Below, one piece after another: positions 18,930 through 27,769 of a DNA stretch of 64,000 nt. Position numbers and translations under genes: made by a program. Below the pieces are notes generated by a model. It made no database searches. It was not told the origin of the DNA and was given only the letters and a program-made list of their open reading frames with translations. The stretch spans positions 608,001 to 672,000 of the forward strand of contig CAWGYA010000008.1 in the NCBI GenBank assembly GCA_963826715.1, written 5' to 3'. This stretch comes from Candidatus Bathyarchaeota archaeon (lineage in GTDB: Archaea; Thermoproteota; Bathyarchaeia; Bathyarchaeales; Bathycorpusculaceae). How positions within the stretch are numbered: position 1 is the first letter of the stretch; each line of letters opens with the position of its first letter.

Positions 18930-20343
18930 TGTATTCTTTAACGGTTTTGCCCTGTCCTTTGGCGATGCACTTTATAGCGTTGTTTATTCCTGTAGAGTAT
19001 TGAACCGCTTTTTTGGGCTTAAACACTATGGTGTTTGGAACTCCTGCATTTTGGGCGGCTTTACGCAGCACCAATTTGCGAAGTGTATCTACTTTGGGCT
19101 CGATTTTGCATTCCACAGGTAACCCCATCGCGAACTCTGCTAAATCATAGTTGGCAAAGGGCAGCAGCAGCTCCACATCAAACGAGCCCGTAATTTTAAG
19201 GTCCCGCTCAAGGTTACTCTGGTGAATGTTCACGACATCGCTAAACATAGTTCGGGAGACTTTTTCTGCGCCAGTAGTGCAATTTTCGGTGACGTAACGT
19301 TGGTAGCCGCCGAAGAGTTCGTCTGCGCCCTGCCCAGCCAGCACCCGTCGGTATTTTGATTCAAAGGCTTTCTGTGCCGTCCAGTAGAAGGGCACACCTA
19401 TTGCTGCTTTTACGGGGTCAGCCTCCTCAATGAGCTCAACCACATGGGGCAACGCGGCTTCTACGTCGGATTCTTTGAAGAGATGCACCGCCATGGGCAA
19501 GTCCAGCGCCTCCGCGGCTTGGATGGCTTCTTCGGTTTCAGGCTGATTCTCAAGGCTCACGTGCATCAGTTGCACTTTAACGCCCAGCTTCTTTGCGAGA
19601 AACGCGAGGAGACTGCTATCTAAGCCGCCTGAAAACGCCACCGCCGCCTTCTCCAGCCCTGCCACACGCCGACGCAGCGACTCCGTGAGTAGCACCAGCA
19701 ACTGGTCAGCGGCTTCATCGAGACTTACCTGTCGGGGCGGGTTGAAGCTGAGGGTTCGCACGGGCTTGAATTTGAATCCATCTTTGTCAGCAAACCCCAA
19801 TGTGCCCGGCGGAAAACTTTGCGGTTCCTCGATGTCCAGTCGCCAGAGCACAGTGCAGTTGGTGGCGTAGGCGGCTATGTCGCGGTTTTCGCCGTAGTAG
19901 AGGGGTTGCATACCAATGGGGTCGCGTCCCGCTGCCATCCAACCTTCACGGAGCAGCCAAAACGCGTAGTCGCCGTCGGCTTGCTCAAGGAGAGTTTGCA
20001 GGGTGGTTTCGCAGTGTGTGGGTTCTTTGGTGAGTTTCTGGGTTAGGGCGGTTTTGGAGGCGGGCTGGTAGATTCTGCCTTCAAACGCCGCTGCAGTGTT
20101 GGTGAGTTGGAGAAATTCGTAGTTGCTGGTGACGGCGGGTCGGCTGCTGATGTACCCCAGCATCGAGGTTGTCTCTATTCCTTGTCGGTTGATGATGCCG
20201 AGGGGCTTCTCAAGCACCGCTCGCTTAGGCGATACCACGCCGAAATGCGACACCTGTCCAACATCAAAACTCTGAAGTACATCCAAAACGCGGGAAACCA
20301 CACTACCCCCGTTCTTATCCACTACGCCAACAGTAACCTTCAC
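18898..20343 (-). CDS. Asparagine synthase-like ATP pyrophosphatase (N-terminal Cys absent)
   Basis: RDPIGMQPLYYG, AFSGGLDSS, GQGADELFGGY, RKLVLRK, KKAVQYSTG. The N-terminus is MKVTV rather than MCG. Confidence 0.8.
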   Translation of the reverse strand: MKVTVGVVDKNGGSVVSRVLDVLQSFDVGQVSHFGVVSPKRAVLEKPLGIINRQGIETTSMLGYISSRPAVTSNYEFLQLTNTAAAFEGRIYQPASKTALTQKLTKEPTHCETTLQTLLEQADGDYAFWLLREGWMAAGRDPIGMQPLYYGENRDIAAYATNCTVLWRLDIEEPQSFPPGTLGFADKDGFKFKPVRTLSFNPPRQVSLDEAADQLLVLLTESLRRRVAGLEKAAVAFSGGLDSSLLAFLAKKLGVKVQLMHVSLENQPETEEAIQAAEALDLPMAVHLFKESDVEAALPHVVELIEEADPVKAAIGVPFYWTAQKAFESKYRRVLAGQGADELFGGYQRYVTENCTTGAEKVSRTMFSDVVNIHQSNLERDLKITGSFDVELLLPFANYDLAEFAMGLPVECKIEPKVDTLRKLVLRKAAQNAGVPNTIVFKPKKAVQYSTGINNAIKCIAKGQGKTVKEYISELFERTKS

Positions 20344-20424
20344 TGCATAACACGCTTACACAGACATATGCAGCGGTAAAACATTAATCTTTAATCGCTA
20401 TAACTTTCCTTGAGGAATCACAGC

Positions 20425-21762
20425 TTGCCTATCTTACCTATTGACACTGGGCGTTACGGTACGCCTGAAATGCTTAAAATCTTCGACGAGGAAACCCGCG
20501 TCCAAAAACTGCTCGATGTCGAAGCGGCACTTGCTTTGGCACACGCAAAAGTCGGCAATATTCCGCAGGAAGATGCGGAGAAAATCGCGGAGATGGCATC
20601 CACCAAGTACGTCAAAGTGGAGCGCGTGAAAGCCATTGAGAAGAAAATCAAGCACGACATCGCCTCGCTGGTGCGTACGCTTTCCGAACAGTGCGGCTCA
20701 AGCGGTGCGTATGTGCATCTTGGGGCGACAAGCTATGACATTGTGGATACCGCTAACGCGTTACAACTTAAAGACGCCATGTCAGTACTCGAAAAGCGCC
20801 TAGCCGCATTCAAAGTTATCCTCAAACGGCAAGCAGTTGAGCACAGTGCCACAGTCATGATTGGAAGAACACACGGTCAACACGCATTGCCCATCACGTT
20901 GGGCTTCAAGTTTGCGGTGTGGGGCTACGAAGTCAACCGCCACCTCCAGCGGCTCGACGAATGCAAAAAGCGGGTTGTCGCGGGCAAAGTCAGCGGCGCA
21001 GTGGGCACACAGGCGGGTTTGGGTGAGCACGCAGAGGAAATCCAAGTGCTCGTGATGAAGCGTTTGGGTATCCATGCCACGGAAATCAGCACTCAAATCG
21101 TGCAGCGGGACCGCTACGCCGAACTCATCAGCATCTACGCGATAGTGGCTTCTTCACTGGAGAATTTCGCCACCGAAATCCGCGAACTTCAGCGCCCCGA
21201 AATCGCCGAAGTCTTCGAGTCCTTCGAAGCCAAAAAGCAAGTCGGCAGCAGTACAATGCCGCATAAGCAGAATCCGGAGACCTGCGAGCGAGTCTGCGGG
21301 TTAGCGCGGATTGTGCGAAGCCTCTTGGTGCCTGCGTTGGAGGATATGGTGACTTGGCATGAACGCGACCTCACGCAGTCCTCGGCGGAACGCTTTATCC
21401 TCCCCGAATCCTCGATACTGCTTGACTATATATTGAGTCTTATGTGCAACATCGTCGCGAACCTGCGAATTGATAAGGAACGGATGTTGACTAATATGTT
21501 AGCGACACAAGGACGCGCAATGTCGGAATCAGTGATGATGACACTGGTTCACAAGGGCGTAAACCGGCAGGACGCCCACGAAATGTTGCGGCAACTGACC
21601 ATCAAAAGCGCCATCGAGGAAAAACCCTTCCGACAAGTGCTTATCGAAGACAAAACGGTCAGCAACACACTGTCAGAAAAAGAAATCGACGCCGCCCTAG
21701 AACCTAAAAACTACCTCGGAACCGCCGTCATGCAAGCTCAACGATTCGCATCATCCGCCTAA
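20425..21762 (+). CDS. purB: Adenylosuccinate lyase
   Basis: HLGATSYD, GRTHGQHA, GSSTMPHKQNP signature, HERDL. Confidence 0.95.
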   Translation: MPILPIDTGRYGTPEMLKIFDEETRVQKLLDVEAALALAHAKVGNIPQEDAEKIAEMASTKYVKVERVKAIEKKIKHDIASLVRTLSEQCGSSGAYVHLGATSYDIVDTANALQLKDAMSVLEKRLAAFKVILKRQAVEHSATVMIGRTHGQHALPITLGFKFAVWGYEVNRHLQRLDECKKRVVAGKVSGAVGTQAGLGEHAEEIQVLVMKRLGIHATEISTQIVQRDRYAELISIYAIVASSLENFATEIRELQRPEIAEVFESFEAKKQVGSSTMPHKQNPETCERVCGLARIVRSLLVPALEDMVTWHERDLTQSSAERFILPESSILLDYILSLMCNIVANLRIDKERMLTNMLATQGRAMSESVMMTLVHKGVNRQDAHEMLRQLTIKSAIEEKPFRQVLIEDKTVSNTLSEKEIDAALEPKNYLGTAVMQAQRFASSA

Positions 21763-24044
21763 AAATCAAACAACCCTTTCTGTTTGGTTTCTTGGGGCGC
21801 TTTAATAGCTGTTTTGAGGGCTTCCCACTCGTCTTTTTTGACGTAGCCGCCGACCTGCTCCTTGATTTTTTTGGCAAGCCGTGGACCAACGGAAGGCAAG
21901 TTGGTGAGTTCCTCTATGCTGGCACGTTTAAGATCTTCGATGTTTTCGAAGCCCGAGTTGAAAATAATTCTGCCGCGGACTCTGCCCACACCCTCCAATG
22001 TCACAATAGGCATGAGTTCGCGTTTGATGCCTTTACCTACACGTTCCAGAAGTTCCATGCTCAGGGCAGTTACCTCTTTGTTTTTGGCAACCAAAGGCGA
22101 CAATTCCTCGGTGGCGTGCAGCAGCCATTTGGCGTTTTCGATGATTCGATAGAGGTCGCCTGGTTGTACACTAAAGCGTTCCAAGAGTTTGTCTTCAGGC
22201 AGCTCTTCTATCCAGTTGTTTAGGACCACAGCAGTTTTGACTTCCCCTAGGAACTCTGCATAGCCTATGTAGTCGGCTTGGTCGGGAGCTTCTACGAAAA
22301 GCTCGTCTCGGTAACTTTCCAGTTCGATGGAGAGTTTTTCGACTTCCCGCTGATAAGGCCTCATGATCGGTCCCATGTCGGGAGTATGGGCAATGAGGTG
22401 GAGTAGGCTGAATTCGCTGAGCATCGACGGTTTAGTCTGGAGCGCGTCGCGGATGATTACGCCGCTGAGGGGGTCGATATAGAGTTCACTAATGCGTTTC
22501 CCAAAGCTGGTTGCGCGAATGTCATCGCTGCCCAAAACATAAATCATTTTTTCGTCGTGAAGGAAACGGAGAATTTTTTTGATGACAGACTCAATGGCTT
22601 TAACATCGTATTGGTATGCGTAAAACGTTTTGCCGAAGAACTCATAGATTCCCCGCTCTGTATGCGCATAATCCGAGGCGATTGTTGAGAGGACATGTGT
22701 ACGGATGATTTTTTCCACGGCAAGACGCGACCAGATGCGCTCTGGTTTGGCGAGGACGTAGTTTTCCATGAGGTAGTCGGCTTCGTCTGCGGTTTTGGCT
22801 ATGAGGACGGATTCACCGAATTTGTCATATTTGGGTCGCCCCGCCCGCCCTGCCATCTGCTTGTAGTCGAGTACGCCGATGGGGTAGTTACCCAACCCCG
22901 CCTCGAAACGACGGTAATCCTGTATGATGACCGTGCGCGCGGGCAAGTTGACCCCCCAAGCCAGCGTCGGCGTCGCGGTTAACACCTTGATTTTGCGGTC
23001 TTTGAACGCGTCTTCGATGATTTTGCGGTGCGCCCCCGACAGCCCCGCGTGATGATACGCCACTGCGTTTCGGACCAAATCGGCGAGTTCATCACTCATC
23101 TGCGTATGCTCGCCGGCATCAAGAATTTTATGCGCCTCTTTCTCCAATCCGGCTTTGGTTTGCTCTTCGAAACTCTTTTTAACCAGTTTTGAGCCTGACT
23201 TTGGTATAAGCACCTTGTCCATGTGGGAGGCAACCAACTTCGCCGCTGATACTGCATTCTTGCGTGTCGAAGCAAAAATTAGCGCTTGACCCCCACTGTT
23301 TAGAGTGTTGAGGACGAGGTTGATGATGGTTAAGCGGGTTTCCTGCTCGATTCTGCAGGATTCGCCGTCACGGTACTGGATTTCATTCTGCAAAATTACG
23401 CCCTCTTTGAGGTTTATGGGGCGCCATGTGGTGACGATGTGTTTGGCGGAGAGCCACCCAGCGATTTCTTCCACGTTGCTAATGGTTGCGGATAGGGCGA
23501 GGATTTGGATGCGGGGGTTGCACTGCATCAACCGCGCCAGCACAATTTCCAAGGTGGGTCCGCGGTTAGCTTCGTTTAGCAGGTGAACTTCGTCGGCTAT
23601 CACGGCACTGATACTTTCCATCCATTTCGCCCGGTGCCGGAGCAAAGAGTCTGCCTTCTCGTTAGTGGTGACAATTATATCATAGCGTTGCAACCAGTTG
23701 TCGGCGTTGTCGAAGTCACCCGTGCTGATTCCGACAGAAACCCGGCTTCCATCGGGTTTGGTGATACCCGCGTATTTTTGAAATTCCTCATACTTTTCTG
23801 ATGCGAGAGCGCGTAGCGGAGAGAGATAGATGACTTTACCGCCAGCATCCAAAACATGCTTGAGAGCACATAACTCAGCAATAAGCGTCTTACCTGACGC
23901 CGTGGGGCTGGCGAGCACGATGTTTTGTCCGTCAAGCACTCCTGCCCGTATGCAATCCTCCTGAGGCGGAAATAATTCACAAAGTCCGTGCATACCAAGG
24001 ACATCTTTAACCGATTGGGGCACAGATAACTCGGCAATCTTCAA
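21759..24044 (-). CDS. hel308: Ski2-like SF2 DNA helicase Hel308/Hjm
   Basis: PTASGKT, DEVH, LSAT, HHAGL, TLAWGVNLPA, QMAGRAGRP and a C-terminal HhH (GVGRVRGR). Confidence 0.93.
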   Translation of the reverse strand: MKIAELSVPQSVKDVLGMHGLCELFPPQEDCIRAGVLDGQNIVLASPTASGKTLIAELCALKHVLDAGGKVIYLSPLRALASEKYEEFQKYAGITKPDGSRVSVGISTGDFDNADNWLQRYDIIVTTNEKADSLLRHRAKWMESISAVIADEVHLLNEANRGPTLEIVLARLMQCNPRIQILALSATISNVEEIAGWLSAKHIVTTWRPINLKEGVILQNEIQYRDGESCRIEQETRLTIINLVLNTLNSGGQALIFASTRKNAVSAAKLVASHMDKVLIPKSGSKLVKKSFEEQTKAGLEKEAHKILDAGEHTQMSDELADLVRNAVAYHHAGLSGAHRKIIEDAFKDRKIKVLTATPTLAWGVNLPARTVIIQDYRRFEAGLGNYPIGVLDYKQMAGRAGRPKYDKFGESVLIAKTADEADYLMENYVLAKPERIWSRLAVEKIIRTHVLSTIASDYAHTERGIYEFFGKTFYAYQYDVKAIESVIKKILRFLHDEKMIYVLGSDDIRATSFGKRISELYIDPLSGVIIRDALQTKPSMLSEFSLLHLIAHTPDMGPIMRPYQREVEKLSIELESYRDELFVEAPDQADYIGYAEFLGEVKTAVVLNNWIEELPEDKLLERFSVQPGDLYRIIENAKWLLHATEELSPLVAKNKEVTALSMELLERVGKGIKRELMPIVTLEGVGRVRGRIIFNSGFENIEDLKRASIEELTNLPSVGPRLAKKIKEQVGGYVKKDEWEALKTAIKAPQETKQKGLFDF

Positions 24045-24200
24045 TACAGTTCACTTGTAGATAAGTTGGTTAACCTATTTAACAATCTGATTAATAGTGT
24101 TAGCTTTGCGGAGACCGATTTTTCAGCTACATTTTTCTATGAGAATCACATTACCAAAGGCGACGAGTTATCTATCCCAAAAGTTATGGTAGGATACTGC

Positions 24201-25424
24201 ATGGTTGAAAACATCAAAGAACTTCTTAAACTTCATGAAGGCATCACTCATGAAGTGTACTTAGATAACGAAAACAGCACCATCGTCCCCCAAGAAGTCG
24301 TTGACTCCATGGCGCCTTACTGGAGCAAAAAAGCCTACGGCAACCCCACGCTAACCCATAAGCCCGGCTGGGAAGCGTTTGAAACCATCATGGGCTGCTT
24401 CGCCAAAATCAGCAAGTATATCGGCGCCAAGAACCTCGAAGAAATCACCTTTACACCGGGCGAAACCGAATCCAACAACTTAGCAATCATGGGTGCATGC
24501 TTCGCACAGAAAACCAAAGGTAAAAAAATCATCATCAGCGAAATCGAACCCATCAACGTCTTGCAGGTCGCCGAGATGATGACTAAATTTGGGTTTCTAA
24601 CCACCAAAATCCCCGTGGATCACGAAGGATTCATCAACCTGGAAAAGCTAAATGAAGCAGTCGATAACGACACCATCCTCGTAAGTATATCAGCGGTTAA
24701 CAATGAACTGGGCACAATCCAGCCTATCAAGGAAGCTGTTGACATCGTGAAAGCCAAAAACCCCCAAGCGCTCTTCCATACCGACACCTCCGACGCATAC
24801 GCCAGAATCCCCCTAAACGTGCAGGACCTCAATGTGGACATGGCAACTGCGAGCAGCTTTAAAATTCAGGGACCACGAGGAATCGGCGCATTTTACCTCA
24901 AAGATGGCGTAAACCTCGAACGCATCATAGAAGGTCCAATCGGAACACAGAAGCTCTGGCCAGGCATAGAGAACACCCCGCTAATTGTGGGTTTCACTAA
25001 AGCATCTGAGCTTGCCTTCACCAACTTCGACGTTAATGTTACCAAGATGAGTATGCTCCGTGACAAGCTGGTCGATGGCATATTCTCTGAACTTACCGAT
25101 TTACGCTTCAATGGACCCAAAGATGAAAAGCGCAGCCCCGACAACGCTAACATAAGCATCCTCCGAGCCGAAGGTGAAGCCTTAACAATCGAACTGAGCC
25201 TCAAAGGAGTCTATGTGTCCAGCGGAAGTGCCTGCAGCCGCCGCCTGCTCCAGCCCAGCCATGTACTTATTGCCATCGGACGCATCTTCGAGGAAGCCCA
25301 CGGCAGCATCCTTATGAAGGTCACGCGTAACCAAACAGAAGAGGATATAGCTTACGTATTGGAAGTTTTACCTACAGCTGTGAACCGTATCCGAAGGATA
25401 GTTGGCTCAACAGGAGTGCATTAA
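24201..25424 (+). CDS. IscS/NifS-fold protein with degenerate PLP site (group I desulfurase-like)
   Basis: YLDN, YGNP, TESNN, NNELGTIQP, KIQGPRGIG, SSGSACS and PSHVL are present, but many PLP/substrate residues are substituted (see findings). Confidence 0.85.
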   Translation: MVENIKELLKLHEGITHEVYLDNENSTIVPQEVVDSMAPYWSKKAYGNPTLTHKPGWEAFETIMGCFAKISKYIGAKNLEEITFTPGETESNNLAIMGACFAQKTKGKKIIISEIEPINVLQVAEMMTKFGFLTTKIPVDHEGFINLEKLNEAVDNDTILVSISAVNNELGTIQPIKEAVDIVKAKNPQALFHTDTSDAYARIPLNVQDLNVDMATASSFKIQGPRGIGAFYLKDGVNLERIIEGPIGTQKLWPGIENTPLIVGFTKASELAFTNFDVNVTKMSMLRDKLVDGIFSELTDLRFNGPKDEKRSPDNANISILRAEGEALTIELSLKGVYVSSGSACSRRLLQPSHVLIAIGRIFEEAHGSILMKVTRNQTEEDIAYVLEVLPTAVNRIRRIVGSTGVH

Positions 25425-25428
25425 AAAG

Positions 25429-25938
25429 ATGTCACGTATACCCTTACCCTATAACCCTAAGGTTATGGATTTGTTCCGTAACCCCAAAAACCTAGGCAAA
25501 ATGGAGGACGCAACCGTTGTCGCTATAGCAGGCAACCCTGCATGTGGAGACATGATAACCTTCTACCTTAAAATCAACCAGGAAACGCAAGTTATCGAGA
25601 AAGCTCAGTTTGAAAGCTACGGATGCGCCGCCAACATCGCCACTAGCAGCATAGTTACCGAAATGATAAGAGGCTTAACGCTGGAAATAGCATGGAAAGA
25701 CATAACATGGAAAAAAGTTACCGAGGAAATCGGTGGCTTACCCAGCGTCAAGTTCCACTGTGGAGTCCTTGCAGTCGGCGCCCTCAAACGTGCAATACGC
25801 CAATACTTCACCGAGAAAGGCATTGCCGTACCCAGCTGGTTGCCAGCAGAACACACCTTTGAAGAGAAGCAGGCATTAGAAGAAGAGGAACTGGCAAAGA
25901 CCCTTTCGAAGAGGCTAAAACCTGAGGCAGAAAAGTAA
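25429..25938 (+). CDS. iscU: Fe-S cluster scaffold IscU/NifU-N
   Basis: YNPKVMDLFRNPKNLG, GNPACGD, YGCAA, LPSVKFHC. Confidence 0.93.
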   Translation: MSRIPLPYNPKVMDLFRNPKNLGKMEDATVVAIAGNPACGDMITFYLKINQETQVIEKAQFESYGCAANIATSSIVTEMIRGLTLEIAWKDITWKKVTEEIGGLPSVKFHCGVLAVGALKRAIRQYFTEKGIAVPSWLPAEHTFEEKQALEEEELAKTLSKRLKPEAEK

Positions 25939-25940
25939 CC

Positions 25941-27167
25941 TTGGATATTGAAGCAATTCGCCGAGATTTCCCGATTCTACAGCGCAAAGTTAACGGCAAA
26001 CCCCTAATTTATTTTGACAACGCTGCCACTACCCAGAAGCCACGCCAAGTCATAGATGCCATAAGCGACTACTACCAAAATCACAATGGCAATGTCCACC
26101 GTGCCGTCCACACACTGAGCATGGAGGCAACAGATCTCTATGAGAAAGCACGGGAGCGAATCGCAGAATTCATAAACGCTCATTCAGCAAGCGAAATCGT
26201 ATTTGTCCGAGGCACAACCGAAGCCATCAACCTAGCCGCGTATTCTTGGGGGTTGAGCACCCTCGGTGCCGGTGACGAAGTTTTGGTATCACGTATGGAG
26301 CACCACAGCAACATCGTGCCATGGGAACTCACTGCAAAAATTCGAGGCTTCACCGTAAAATACGCTAATGTCAATAGTGACGGTACTCTTGACTACGAAG
26401 ACTTCGAGAACAAAATTACAAATAAAGTCAAAATCTGCTGCCTTAGCCACGTCTCAAACGTCACAGGTGTCATCAATGACGTTAAACGCGTAACCAAAGT
26501 CGCCCACGACCACGGCGCTTTGATGCTGGTTGACGGAGCCCAATCGGTACCTCACATGCCTGTGGATGTACAGGATATCGAAATGGATTTCCTCGCGTTC
26601 TCCGGGCATAAAATGCTCGGGCCCACAGGCATCGGCGTACTCTATGGTAAAAAAGAGGTTCTCGAGAGCATGCCACCTTTTGAGGGGGGTGGCGAAATGA
26701 TAAAAGAAGTCTCTGTCACCCAAAACAAATGCAGCATCTCTTGGAATGAGTTACCATGGAAGTTTGAAGCAGGAACGCCCAACATTTCAGGCGCTGTGGG
26801 CTTAGGTGCCGCGGTGGAGTACCTGCAGGATTTACGCATCGAGGATGTATTTAGTCATGAGCGGGAACTCATCGAATACGCGTATCGACGTATGGCGGAA
26901 TGCAAAAAAGCAACCGCTTACGGCCCTATCGACTTGTCGCAGAAATGCGGAATAATCGCCTTCAGCGTCAGCGGATTCTCCTCTCATGATGTTGCACTTT
27001 TTTTTGACACTTACGGCGTAGCTATGCGCAGCGGTTACCACTGTGCCCAGCCCCTGCATGAGTTCTTTAAGCTGCAATCCTCCACAAGAGCCAGTTTTTA
27101 CCTATATAATACCAAAGAGGAAATTGATCGCTTCGTAGAAATTCTCAAGGAGTTCGATAAATTCTAA
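25941..27167 (+). CDS. sufS: Cysteine desulfurase, SufS/CsdA (group II)
   Basis: IRRDFPIL, FDNAATTQKP, EHHSN, DGAQ, SGHKM, EAGTPN, RSGYHCAQP, RASFY. Confidence 0.93.
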   Translation: MDIEAIRRDFPILQRKVNGKPLIYFDNAATTQKPRQVIDAISDYYQNHNGNVHRAVHTLSMEATDLYEKARERIAEFINAHSASEIVFVRGTTEAINLAAYSWGLSTLGAGDEVLVSRMEHHSNIVPWELTAKIRGFTVKYANVNSDGTLDYEDFENKITNKVKICCLSHVSNVTGVINDVKRVTKVAHDHGALMLVDGAQSVPHMPVDVQDIEMDFLAFSGHKMLGPTGIGVLYGKKEVLESMPPFEGGGEMIKEVSVTQNKCSISWNELPWKFEAGTPNISGAVGLGAAVEYLQDLRIEDVFSHERELIEYAYRRMAECKKATAYGPIDLSQKCGIIAFSVSGFSSHDVALFFDTYGVAMRSGYHCAQPLHEFFKLQSSTRASFYLYNTKEEIDRFVEILKEFDKF

Positions 27168-27436
27168 TGTCTACCGTAGCCGACTACGTTTCACGCCTTG
27201 AAGGTACCTGCGGCGCCGAAAGCGATGTTATCGTCAACTTCAAGTACGAAAAAAAAGATGAAGTCATAGCCCACATCCTTAAAAAAGCCACCTTGAAGAA
27301 TACACTAGCGGGAATAATTTTTGAGTTAACTTTTGAGAATGTGTCTTTTCGGCTCTATACCAGCGGCAAAGCCATATTCCGTGGCTTCCGAAGCAAAACA
27401 GAGCTTATGGATTTCTTAGCAAAGCTTTTGCTTTAA
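27167..27436 (+). CDS. Small hypothetical protein (TCG motif; resembles the C-terminal domain of long MoeB/ThiF proteins)
   Basis: Translationally coupled to sufS (TAATG). Contains GTCG and FRLYTSGKAIFRG followed by a helix. Confidence 0.65.
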   Translation: MSTVADYVSRLEGTCGAESDVIVNFKYEKKDEVIAHILKKATLKNTLAGIIFELTFENVSFRLYTSGKAIFRGFRSKTELMDFLAKLLL

Positions 27437-27769
27437 TTCAGTTAGATGGTTATTTTTGTTAAGTCTTACTTTAACATTCAATTTGTTGCAAAAAATGAGT
27501 CCTCCAAAAAAAGATTTTCTTGAGTATGTTATATCAGCTGATAAACTTCAGCAAAAACTATTCTATTACCATCCAGGCTTAACTTAAGCGGCATTAATAC
27601 TTAATCAAATTTAGAATCATCCTTTTGAGTGAATAAAAAATTCATTAGCAATTATTAGGTTATCCAAAACTAAATACCAAGAATAAAGGTGAACATATCC
27701 ATAATACGATTTACTTATGGTTATTTTTTTAATCCATCAAGATCCTTTCATGTAGAGTATGCGCTGGTT

